This document shows positions 38,872 to 48,185 of a stretch of DNA of 64,000 nucleotides, one piece after another; position 1 is the first letter of the stretch; every line of letters begins with the position of its first letter. Source of the stretch: Spirochaetia bacterium (GTDB taxonomy: Bacteria; Spirochaetota; Spirochaetia; SZUA-6; Bin103); contig CBDBDQ010000005.1 in the NCBI GenBank assembly GCA_965203905.1, forward strand, positions 3,072,001 to 3,136,000, in the 5' to 3' direction. Below the pieces are notes generated by a model. The model saw only the letters and a list, made by a program, of their open reading frames with translations, was not told the origin of the DNA and ran no database searches. Made by a program: the position numbers and the translations under genes.

Positions 38872-40624
38872 CTACGCCACCGCGTCGCAGAACACCATTT
38901 CCCAACCGTGAAACACCACCGCCAGGCCAGTGTACCGCACCGCCGGGAATTGCCGCGCCAAGCGCTCGTCGGCCAGGTAGCGCTGCAACTGCGCGGTCGC
39001 CTCGCCGGCGGCCGCTGCGACGCGCCCCGTCTCCACCGACTCGTTGCGGCTCAGGCACTTGAGCTCGATCAGATACCCGCGTCGCAGGTGCGGATAGCGG
39101 GCAACGAGCGGCTCCAGCGAGATATCCGCATGGCCCTTGCCAAGCTCGGCCTCCGAGCGGAACACGAAGTAGTCGGTCACGCTCAGATAGGCAGCCAGGA
39201 ACCCCTGGACAACCTTTTCTCCGCGATGTAGTCCCGGATCCCCGTCTGCGCGGCAATGGCCTCGCCCAGGAACGCGAACACCGGTTGCCAGTCGCCCTCG
39301 TTGGCCATCCGCATCAGCAACTGCTCGAACCCGAACAGGTTGATCGTGAACACGCCCACGTCCTTGTAGCCGTCGCGCAGGTAGCCGTACATGAGCCGCT
39401 TCACGGTCTGGTTGGGGATCGCCAGCCGCGGCACGCCGTGCGCCGCCTCGCGGATGCTCAGCAGCCCGAAGTAGTGCAGCAGCGACAGGAAGTTCTCGGA
39501 CTCGGCGAGCTCGTGCAGCGGAAAGCCCGATTGGACGCGGGCGTCCGCCTGCTCCTCGCCGATGACGTCCCGCAGCAGGTCGAAGTTGCCGTTGAGCTGG
39601 CGGCCCACCACCAGCAGATGGCGCAGCTTGCCGTAGTCGATGCGCACGTTGGTGTCGATCAGGTAGGTCGGGACCGGTCGGTTCGGGATCGAGTGCTTCA
39701 GGTAGTAGAGCACCATGTCGGTGTGGTACAGGTCGGTCTCGACTTGCTCCGCGAATCGGTAGCCGTTGTACCACTCGCCCATGAGGCCCATGGCGGTTGC
39801 GACCTCCTGATCGAACACGCCGTGGTCGCGGTACGTTTCGATCAGGTGCCGCACCTCAGCCTCGGTGAAGCCGACCATCTCGTTGAAGTCCGGTTCCAGG
39901 CTGATGTTGCGCCGATGTTGAAGCCGCTGGTCACGTCGTCCATGGTGACCGGCGATACGCCGGTGATGAACAGGCGATCGATGCCACCGCCGCTGCGCTC
40001 CGTGCCTCCCTTGAGGGTCGCGAAGAAGTTGCGGAAGAAGCCGCCGCCGTGGGTGAATGCGTGGTACGCCTCGGCGCCGTGGTGGGCCAGCACGGTGTTG
40101 GCGAAGTTGTCGTACTCGTCGATCAGCACGTACAGCAGGATGCCGTGGCGTTTGGTATGCAGAAACAGCTCGGTGAGCTTGGCGGATGCGGACGGAGGGG
40201 CGAGGATGCGCTGCACGGCCGCGGCCGGGAACAGATCCGGATATCGCTCCAGCGTGTCCCGGATTTCCGCGAGGCAGTAGGTGTCGAACTCCCGCTCCAG
40301 GGTTTCGAGCTTGTCGTCGACCATCGAGAAGTTGAAGCGCAGCGTGACGTAGCTGCTGCGTTCGTCGGTCGGGCTCCGCCCGATGTCGGTGCCGCCGAAT
40401 GTGGCGTCGAAGTCGTCGGCCCAGAAGCGGTCGTAGTAGTTCTCCAGCAGCGACACCCACAGCGTCTTGCCGAACCGCCGTGGGCGGATCAGGAAGGCGT
40501 AGTGCTCCTGTTCCAGCCGGCGCACGAAGCGGGTCTTGTCGACGTACAGCCAGCGGCGCTGGCGGATGCGCCGGAAGTCACCCTGGCCGTACGGAATGTG
40601 CGGGTAAGCGGGAGTCTCGTCCAC
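38872..40624 (-). pseudogene. AAA-ATPase-like / PD-(D/E)XK nuclease protein, two frameshifts (near 39910 and 39220)
   Basis: IPYG..DF, YVDKT, RPRRFGKT, IDEYDNF, WYNGYRF, GHADI…IELK spread over three frames. Confidence 0.88.
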
Positions 40625-40826
40625 TGCCGAACCGTACCGGCGTCAATCTATCGCTTTCGCCCCCGTCCCCTCAACGCCAAGGCTATACGCGAAGTTCCCA
40701 CCCGTGTCCGCCTTCGCACGGCGTCTCAGCCTGTCCCACTTGGTGCCACCCGTCTGGTCGCGCCACCGCCTCGTCCGGCGCACGCCCCGCCGGCGTTGTC
40801 TCCCCCGGCACGGCTGCTACACCGTG

Positions 40827-40955
40827 ATGAAACTGCACCCGATCCCGATCGAGCCGTGTCCGGCGCTGCGCGATGCCATGGGGCCCGACGGCGACCTGAT
40901 CTACGCCATCCAGTATCGGGAGTTCGTCAGCCGCGGCGCGGGTCCAGGACGGTAA
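40827..40955 (+). pseudogene. Probable N-terminal stub of a truncated gene
   Basis: MKLHPIPIEPCPALRDAMGPDGDLIYAIQYREFV; high-GC3 codons stop abruptly before the relE remnant. Confidence 0.35.
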
Positions 40956-40971
40956 CGATTCGTGCCGCAGT

Positions 40972-41011
40972 GAGATGGTCGGCGTCGTTGCGGACCTGCG
41001 CAGCCGGCAAG
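40972..41011 (+). repeat. Copy of the relE 3' region at 53926-53965
   Basis: 38/40 nt identical by manual alignment. Confidence 0.85.
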
Positions 41012-41089
41012 GGATGAACCAGCCGAAGCATGACCCGGAGGACGCGGAGGCCGCCCGCCACCCGGCCGGCTGAAGCACGCCCGCGCACG

Positions 41090-41341
41090 CTATTCGAAGA
41101 TCGTTGCAAGTCGGGCAAGCACTTCGTCGATGATCTTCTCGGGCACGGTGTCGACGTGCCTCCCATTGCGGGCGCCGACGTCGAGTGCGCGGGGCTGGTC
41201 GCAGCGGATCACGCCGGTCGTTCGGGTGCCTGCGTCCTGAAGAGAAACGGCAAAGCCGCGCCTGTGGGCGAAGCCTCCGCCCGTGGTGATGGCCACGACT
41301 ACCGGCGTTCCGGTCAGCTTGTTGAACGGCGCGGGCGAGAC
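41090..41341 (-). pseudogene. pemK: PemK/MazF toxin, 5'-truncated
   Basis: VSPAPFNKLTGTP…GVIRCDQPRALD…IIDEVLARL; paralogue of 54004-54306; no antitoxin. Confidence 0.85.
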
Positions 41342-41407
41342 AGTTGCGATGCTGAAATTATCCTGTAGCAGGGGATCTGTGGTCACATAATCGTGGTAGT
41401 CACATGA

Positions 41408-41986
41408 GCCGAGAACAGCGCCAACGAGCGGATCATCGCCGCGCAGCAGGAGCTTGAGGTGCAGCGCCGCACCTGCGTGGCAGAGGTGGAACAGATCCGC
41501 CTGGAGACCGACAGCGCCATCGAGCGCGCCCAGAGTGAAGGCGAGCGGGCGGTCCAGGAGATCGCCGTCGAGCTACGCAAGTTGAGGAACGTCTCTGACG
41601 TGACCCTGGAGGCGGATACCAAGCGGCGCGCCGCCGAGATCCTGGCGGATGGCGAGAATCAAGCGGTGCAGATCGTCGAATCGACTCACAACGACCTGTT
41701 GGATCAGAAGGCGACCATGGTCGCAAACTCTGGTGAGATGGGCAAGATTGCCCTGTTCGTGCAACAGCAACTCCCCACTCTGGTCTCCGCCTATGAACGC
41801 TATGCGCGCGAGTTGAAAGTTGACAATGTGGTCATTATGGATGATGACCGGGGCATGAACGGTCTGCTGAACCGTGGCCCGGAAGCGTTTGTCGACTTCC
41901 TGCAGACGTTCGAGGAGGGATTCGGTATCAGCGTGAGAGAATAGCTGAATCAACACGGCGAGTCCGGCAAGGAGGTGGGAGCATGA
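41408..41986 (+). pseudogene. C-terminal half of a flotillin-like protein (no 5' end; nonsense codon at 41942)
   Basis: A/E-rich coiled coil, QLPTLV…LKVDNVVIMD. Confidence 0.65.
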
Positions 41987-42654
41987 CCGGTTTCATAATC
42001 GTATTCGTGGCACTCGTTGTTATCACCCTACTGCTCCAACTCATTACCAAGATGAAGATTGTCGGTGCCGACGAGTTAGCAATCGTAGCCGGCCAGGGGA
42101 GAGGCTTTTCGTCGCTGCGCGGTGGTCGGGTATTCGTGTTCCCGCTGATTCACCGGTTCTTCCGGATGGACATGCGGCCGCGCACGACCAGCGTGCGGGT
42201 GGAGTCGGCCATTGCGGCCGGAATCGTCCCGCTCACGGTTGTTGCCACGGTCAGTTTCGCCGTCGCCTCGACCGGCGAAGGGCTGCGCAATGCCATCCGC
42301 CGCATCTTGCATATGACCCGCGATTGGGATGAGCTGACCGGCATCGCTACCGGCATTATCGAGGGCCATCTGCGTGACTCCATCGCCACCATGACGCCGG
42401 AAGAGGTAATGACCGACAAGGATCGGCTGGTACAGAACATGATCCGGGTCTGTAAAGTCGACCTCGAAGGCATCGGACTCGAAATCACCGCGATGAACAT
42501 CGCCGATGTCGATGACCACCGGCTGGAAGGCGTACGAGAACCGGAGCTGTACATCGCCTTGCTGAAACGGATTCAGTCGGCCAACGCCGAGGCACAGTCG
42601 CGGGCCGCCCAGGCTCAGGCTGCCCGGCCGCGGGTCAGGGGCCAGCGCTCCTGA
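41983..42654 (+). pseudogene. SPFH/flotillin protein, C-terminally truncated
   Basis: TM, GGRVFVFP, IIEGHLRDSIATMTPEE, DLEGIGLEI. Confidence 0.8.
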
Positions 42655-42675
42655 GGGAAGCCGCCTGAACGCCGG

Positions 42676-42965
42676 ATGAAGATTCGCGACGTGTCGTTGT
42701 CGGTGTTCGAGCTGGACACGGTAACGCCGGTGCTCGCCATGAGTGAGTGGGGGGCAACGGGCCAACGGCGCTGGCGTCCGCAACGCCGCGGCAATGCCAA
42801 CTGGTGGCGCTCCCGCGGCTCCGGCGCCACCGAGCAGGTGCACGTGATGCACGTGCGCACCGACGCCGGCATCGAGGGTGTCTGCACCGTCGGTGACGTA
42901 CGCTACCGGGTGATGACCGAGTGAGCTCTGGCGGAACTCCGTGCGCTGGTGCTCGGCGAGCCAGC
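42676..42965 (+). pseudogene. N-terminal fragment of a mandelate racemase/enolase superfamily protein
   Basis: MKIRDV…VRTDAGIEG; internal TGA, then ALAELRALVLGEP. Confidence 0.65.
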
Positions 42966-43004
42966 CAGTTGCCAAGTTGGATGTGAATAGAATATACTTT
43001 AACA

Positions 43005-43254
43005 ATGCCGTCCACGACTGTCCACTTTCCGCCGCAACTGCTTGAACGGCGCCCGCCGCCAGGGAGTGAGCCGCAACAGATTCGTGATGCGCGCCTGCCA
43101 GGACGCCGTGGCCAAGGATGCCGGAGAGTGGCCGGCGCGCTTCTTTTGCCCCGATCTGGATCCGACGGAGCTGGCCGTGCTGCGCGACGCCGGCGCGGAG
43201 CTGGAGCTTAGCATCCGAAGCGCCCGCCGCAGTCGTGGAGCACCGCTGTTGTGA
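43005..43254 (+). pseudogene. RHH/CopG antitoxin, frameshifted
   Basis: MPSTTVHFPPQLLE in one frame, ARRQGVSRNRFV in another. Confidence 0.65.
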
Positions 43255-43620
43255 TCAGCGTACTGGACACGACCGCGTTCTCCGCCGCCATGCGACATGA
43301 ACCGGAAATCGTCTCCTTCCTTGGCGGCCTTCCACCGGGAGAGTTCGCGGTCGTTTCCCCGGTCGTTGCGGAGATTGAATTCGGACTGCGCCGGCTGGAT
43401 GGTACCTCGCACCGCTATCGACTGCTCGCTGCGCAGAAGGAGCGGCTGCTGTCCGCGATCCCCCTGCTGGCATGGATTCCGGCAGCCTCGGCGCAGTTCG
43501 GGGCCATCAACGCGCGCCTGGAGGCGGCCGGCATGATGATCGAAGACTTCGACATCGCCGTGGCGGCGATTGCCCGCGCCCACGGCGCGGAAGTGATTAC
43601 GGCAACGCTAGCACCATGTT
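43251..43620 (+). pseudogene. vapC: VapC/PIN toxin with a disrupted C-terminus
   Basis: VLDTT, AEIEFG, IEDFDIAVAAIA; the final T-x-N…H-F motif is lost. Confidence 0.8.
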
Positions 43621-43953
43621 CGGTGTCCAGCAGCAGCCGACCCGTTTCGAGGTTCCAGCAACTCGATCGCAGAAGTCAGGTACGACAGCAGTGTGGGGAA
43701 GACGTCTTCTCCCTGCACCAGGCCCTGCGGCAACTCTGATGCAGGCGGTCAGAAATGTCTAGACGCCGAAAATGTACAAAGATGTTCCCTATTACGTACG
43801 CTATCCTGTCCGACTACGCTCCGGCGGAGCCATATTTTGAACTGCTGACGCACTCCACCGTTGACAGGTCTGGCGGCCTATCCATATCGTCTGTGACCGG
43901 TGTACGTACGCTCTCGAAAGCGCTGTTCGCTTCGCCATGAGAACGGGTTCGGT

Positions 43954-44907
43954 ATGACAACAAAAGGCGTAGCCCACGGAATGGTCGACCGGAAGGTCCT
44001 GAGAAGAGAACGGTGGCATAGAGCCAAGCGCATGAAACTCCTCTATCTGTTCTTCTTGTTTCCGGCTGTCAGCTACATCGTATTTCGCTATATGCCGATG
44101 TACGGCGTTATCATCGCCTTCAAGGACTTCCGCATCAAAGACGGCATCTTGGGAAGCCCATGGAACGATTTTCGTCACTTTGAGATGTTGTTCACGAACC
44201 TCTACTTCTGGCGAATTCTTCGCAATACGATCGTCATAAGTATCTACCGCATCCTCTTCAGCTTCCCCGCGCCGATCGTACTGGCCCTGCTGATCAACGA
44301 AGTCCACAATATGACGTTCAAGCGGTTATCCCAGTCGATTTCGTATCTCCCCCATTTCCTCTCGTGGGTCGTTCTTTCCGGTATCTTGATCGAGGTCATC
44401 TCGCCGCAGCGCGGCATCGTCGGCTACCTCTATACGCTGGTCGGCCGTGAGCCCGAGAACCTGCTGACCAACCCGGCGGTATTCAGGCCGATACTGATCA
44501 TCACCGACACCTGGAAGGAGGTCGGATGGGGCACCGTCGTATATCTCGCCGCGATCTCATCGATTGACCCGGGATTGTACGAATCCGCATCGATCGACGG
44601 CGCAAATCGTCTGCAAAAGGCCGTCTTCATTACGATTCCCTCCCTGCTCCCGGTCATCACCATCCTCTTTATCCTGCGCATAGGAAATATTCTCGAGGCG
44701 GGGTTCGATCAGATCTTCAATCTGTACAATCCCGCGGTGTATCAGGTTGCCGATATCATCGATACGTTCGTATATCGGGTGGGGCTGATTCAGAGACGGT
44801 TCGATTACTCTGCAGCCGCCGGGCTGTTTCAGAATGTCCTGGGCCTTATCCTCCTGATAACAGCAAACGTCGTCACCAAGCGGATCAGCGAATATGGAAT
44901 CTGGTAG
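43954..44907 (+). CDS. Carbohydrate ABC permease (LplB-like)
   Basis: YMPMYGVIIAFKDF, LPHFLSWV, LYESASIDGA. Confidence 0.92.
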   Translation: MTTKGVAHGMVDRKVLRRERWHRAKRMKLLYLFFLFPAVSYIVFRYMPMYGVIIAFKDFRIKDGILGSPWNDFRHFEMLFTNLYFWRILRNTIVISIYRILFSFPAPIVLALLINEVHNMTFKRLSQSISYLPHFLSWVVLSGILIEVISPQRGIVGYLYTLVGREPENLLTNPAVFRPILIITDTWKEVGWGTVVYLAAISSIDPGLYESASIDGANRLQKAVFITIPSLLPVITILFILRIGNILEAGFDQIFNLYNPAVYQVADIIDTFVYRVGLIQRRFDYSAAAGLFQNVLGLILLITANVVTKRISEYGIW

Positions 44908-45826
44908 GTCTGCGCCGCGAGGACGGACTCTCGGCAGGCTCATGACTGCCAGGTCGACCGGCGATATCATGTTCGACGTCAGCAACTATATCTTCTTGAC
45001 TGCATTTTGTCTGAGCGTTCTGTATCCGATGTGGACCACGGTCCTCCTGTCGTTTTCCGGGGTTGAGGACGCTTCTACTCTGGGATTTCACCTATGGATC
45101 GAGGAGTGGAGGCTGACCGCGTACCAATTCGCGCTCTCACGCTACGGCAACGTCCCGGTGGCGTACTTCAACTCGGTTTTTCGAACGGTAGTGGGAACGT
45201 TTTTGACCGTGATCTGGACGTTGCTGGCGGCCTATCCGCTGTCCAAACGCAACCTCCCTGGACGCAACATTCTCACGTTATTCATCCTCTTCACGATGTT
45301 CTTCAGCGGTGGGCTGATTCCGCTGTACCTTCTAATTCGCAGCCTTGGCTTGTTCGATACGCGGCTCGTCCTTATCCTTCCGGGCATGGCGGTGGGATTT
45401 TATACCATCATCATGCGGAACTTTCTCATGACGATCGATGACGCGTATGAGGAGTCGGCTTTCATGGATGGGGCGAACTACGCTCACATCCTGGTACACA
45501 TCATTGTGCCGCTCTGCAAGCCGGTGCTTGCGGTGGTGGCGTTGTGGACGGCCGTGTGGCACTGGAACTCCTGGTTTGATGCGTTGATCTACCTCAAGAG
45601 CGAATCCAAGATCGTTCTCCAGCTCCTGTTGCGAAGACTGATTCAGGAGACTACGCTGCTGCGTGACGCGTTGGGCAATTTTATCGAACGGGACCGCATA
45701 GAGCTGCCGACCGAAGCGGTGAAGGCCGCGGTGACCGTATTGACCATCGGGCCGATCATCTTTCTCTATCCGTTTCTCCAACGGTATTTTATCAAGGGGA
45801 TCTTCTTGGGGTCCCTCAAAGGCTGA
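44894..45826 (+). CDS. Carbohydrate ABC permease (LplC-like)
   Basis: FSGGLIPLY, EESAFMDGA, YPFLQRYFIKG. Confidence 0.92.
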   Translation: MESGRSAPRGRTLGRLMTARSTGDIMFDVSNYIFLTAFCLSVLYPMWTTVLLSFSGVEDASTLGFHLWIEEWRLTAYQFALSRYGNVPVAYFNSVFRTVVGTFLTVIWTLLAAYPLSKRNLPGRNILTLFILFTMFFSGGLIPLYLLIRSLGLFDTRLVLILPGMAVGFYTIIMRNFLMTIDDAYEESAFMDGANYAHILVHIIVPLCKPVLAVVALWTAVWHWNSWFDALIYLKSESKIVLQLLLRRLIQETTLLRDALGNFIERDRIELPTEAVKAAVTVLTIGPIIFLYPFLQRYFIKGIFLGSLKG

Positions 45827-45904
45827 GGTGCCGACCAAGAGCGCATACGATAAAGGAGGTGATCGTACCGATGGGCACGTAAATGGGTTTCCCGCACGAA
45901 TCTC

Positions 45905-45932
45905 AATAATCGCACGGGAATAATCGCACGGG
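45905..45932. repeat. 14-bp tandem duplication
   Basis: aataatcgcacggg x2. Confidence 0.9.
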
Positions 45933-45969
45933 TTGTAAACTTGTCAGAAAAGAGAGCACAACAGCTCTG

Positions 45970-46017
45970 CTGGCGGTAATACCATGAACGACTCTGGAGG
46001 TAATACCATGAACGACT
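45970..46017. repeat. 24-bp tandem duplication spanning the RBS and start codon
   Basis: ctggCggtaataccatgaacgact / ctggAggtaataccatgaacgact. Confidence 0.9.
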
Positions 46018-47699
46018 ACGGCAACAAGTATGTTGTAGGGGCAATGGCGGTCCTGATGATCTTGCTTGCTCCCTCCATCATTATCGCAGGTGCGGCGGAG
46101 GAGACCGGCGCCGCGGAGGTCATGGAGATCACGTGGATGATGAGGCCCCAGTTCGGCAGTGAGACCACTTGGTTCATTGGTGAGCTGGAAGAGAAGTTGG
46201 GTGTGAAAATCATACCGAACGGCGTCGGCCCGAACGATCGTGAGAAGGTTTCCATCATGTTGAGCGCGGGAGAGTTTCCTGACGCCGGCTATGTCCATTC
46301 GTTGCCGATAGAAATGTACCGGGAAGGTGTTATCAGAGGGATTCCCAAGGGTATGATCAGGCAGCACATGCCGAGTTACTCGAGAATGCTGGACACCGAA
46401 TATCCTATTGGATGGTCTTTGGATACTAACCCGGACAACGAGAACGAGGTGCTGACCATTCAGGGTGTCCAGGCGTTTACCGATACCGGATTGTTCTATC
46501 TGAACTTCCGCAATGACTGGGCGGCGAACGTCGGGATGAATCTGCCGGACTACGACCGAATCAAGAGAAGCCTCGACCGATTTGACAGAGTCTACTATTA
46601 CGAAAAAGACTTTACGCTGGATTGGTTTGAGGATCTTCTGGTTGCCTTCAAGAACGGTGATCCCGATGGAAACGGCAAGATCGATACGATCCCGTTTGGA
46701 GCGTTTAATAGCAAGGGTTGGTCCTGGGCGCCGATCGCCGGCGCGTTTGGGGTTTCCTTCCGGTACCATCACAACTTGATGGAAGAGGGTGAGCTCACCT
46801 ACTGGTCCATCTCCCAGGGATACAAGGATTTCCTCAAACTGCTCGCCCGTTGGTATGAAATGGGGTTGATCGACAAGGAGTTTGCCAGCCTCGATCGGAC
46901 CAAAGCCTATGCGAAAACGGTTAATGGACTGGTCGGCGCCGTTGCGGCCAACATAAACTATCCCGGTATGTTCTACGCGATGAATCGACCGCCGAATTCG
47001 ATGGTCCCGGATGACGAGCTGGGTACGGGAGCAGAATCGGTTATCATACCGCCGGTTGTCGGTCCCGGCGGCCACTTTGGAACCGGCGCCTACGAAGCGT
47101 ATGCCGGTATCGGCACCAGAAACGGCTTCAAGGTCAACAGCGAAGTGAACGATGAAAAGCTGGCGGTGATCCTCCAAATCCTGGATTACATGATCTATGG
47201 GGAAGATGAGAACTGGATCATGAGTCAGTTTGGGCAGCCGGGCGTTCATTTCGACTGGGAAGGAGAGCCGTGGAACTCAACGCCGCTTCCCAAGAAAGAG
47301 TCTGAGATTACCGCGGATCCCAAGGACGGCTATTTCGGCACCTACTATCCTGACGGCTCGACGACCAACCGTATTCGGTTTACGCATCCAAAGCACATGG
47401 CCGAATTCTATCAACAGTATCTCCTTGCTCCGCCGGGCCAACGGTACGCGATCCGCACCCATCGATACGATATTCTAAGCGAGACGAACCTGTCGCAGGT
47501 GCTGCTGGACCATGGCGAGACGCTCAATACGTTGACGGACGAGTTTTTCCTGCAGGGCATCCTGGGCCAGATCGACATCGATGCGGAGTGGGATGCCTAC
47601 GTCAGGAAGTGGCGAAATAACGGCGGCAGCCAGCTACTCGCCGAGCTCGCGAAAGCGCCCCTGGTCTCCGAAGCGAGAAATGGTCGAATTGGCTACTGA
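46008..47699 (+). CDS. Carbohydrate ABC substrate-binding protein (LplA-like)
   Basis: Signal peptide, AFKNGDPDGNGKIDT, WDAYVRKWRNNGG. Confidence 0.88.
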   Translation: MNDYGNKYVVGAMAVLMILLAPSIIIAGAAEETGAAEVMEITWMMRPQFGSETTWFIGELEEKLGVKIIPNGVGPNDREKVSIMLSAGEFPDAGYVHSLPIEMYREGVIRGIPKGMIRQHMPSYSRMLDTEYPIGWSLDTNPDNENEVLTIQGVQAFTDTGLFYLNFRNDWAANVGMNLPDYDRIKRSLDRFDRVYYYEKDFTLDWFEDLLVAFKNGDPDGNGKIDTIPFGAFNSKGWSWAPIAGAFGVSFRYHHNLMEEGELTYWSISQGYKDFLKLLARWYEMGLIDKEFASLDRTKAYAKTVNGLVGAVAANINYPGMFYAMNRPPNSMVPDDELGTGAESVIIPPVVGPGGHFGTGAYEAYAGIGTRNGFKVNSEVNDEKLAVILQILDYMIYGEDENWIMSQFGQPGVHFDWEGEPWNSTPLPKKESEITADPKDGYFGTYYPDGSTTNRIRFTHPKHMAEFYQQYLLAPPGQRYAIRTHRYDILSETNLSQVLLDHGETLNTLTDEFFLQGILGQIDIDAEWDAYVRKWRNNGGSQLLAELAKAPLVSEARNGRIGY

Positions 47700-47721
47700 G
47701 TGCCGCTGAATGACGGTATTG

Positions 47722-47751
47722 GGGAGTGGTCTCGATATCACTCCCTTTTTT
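47722..47751 (+). terminator. Intrinsic terminator
   Basis: gggagtggt…atcactccc followed by tttttt. Confidence 0.8.
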
Positions 47752-47770
47752 GCCAAGACCATGACCAAAG

Positions 47771-48154
47771 GCCTATCCCTCAGCCGGGCACCCCTCAGCC
47801 GGGCACCCCAAGATTACCATCTATGACCCGGATCGGCCACGGACACTTGTTCGGGTTTCTTGGTGCCGCTGACTGTTGGCGAAAAGACGTCGTTCCTTCC
47901 CTGCGCGGCCGCTTGAATCCGTGCCGGAACAACCGGTGCCGCTCAGCAACGGCTCGGTTTGCTCTGCCGGCGTCTTTTCGCGCTGCAAACACACGGCCTG
48001 GCCTGCCCGGCCGGACTGGGCGTCCCCCTCGGCCCCGGCCCGCCCATCGGCAATGGCCCCGGCTTCGATTGCAGATTCGGCATCGGGACAGCGGCTGGCC
48101 CAAGATGATGGTTTTGGGGTGCCCGGCTGAGGGGTGCCCGGCTGAGGGATAGGC
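47771..48154. mobile_element. MITE-like element, 384 bp, perfect 41-bp terminal inverted repeats
   Basis: gcctatccctcagccgggcacccctcagccgggcaccccaa (47771-47811) is the exact reverse complement of 48114-48154; no transposase inside. Confidence 0.8.
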
Positions 48155-48185
48155 TCCACGTCTACCCCTCCAAGAGGTGTGAACC

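Noticed and set aside
39200-39920. Programmed frameshifting in the AAA-ATPase gene
   Set aside because: No convincing slippery heptamer plus stimulator; decay or sequencing error is simpler.
42922-42924. In-frame TGA in the racemase fragment as selenocysteine
   Set aside because: The gene is truncated shortly afterwards, with no Cys-equivalent context or evident SECIS.
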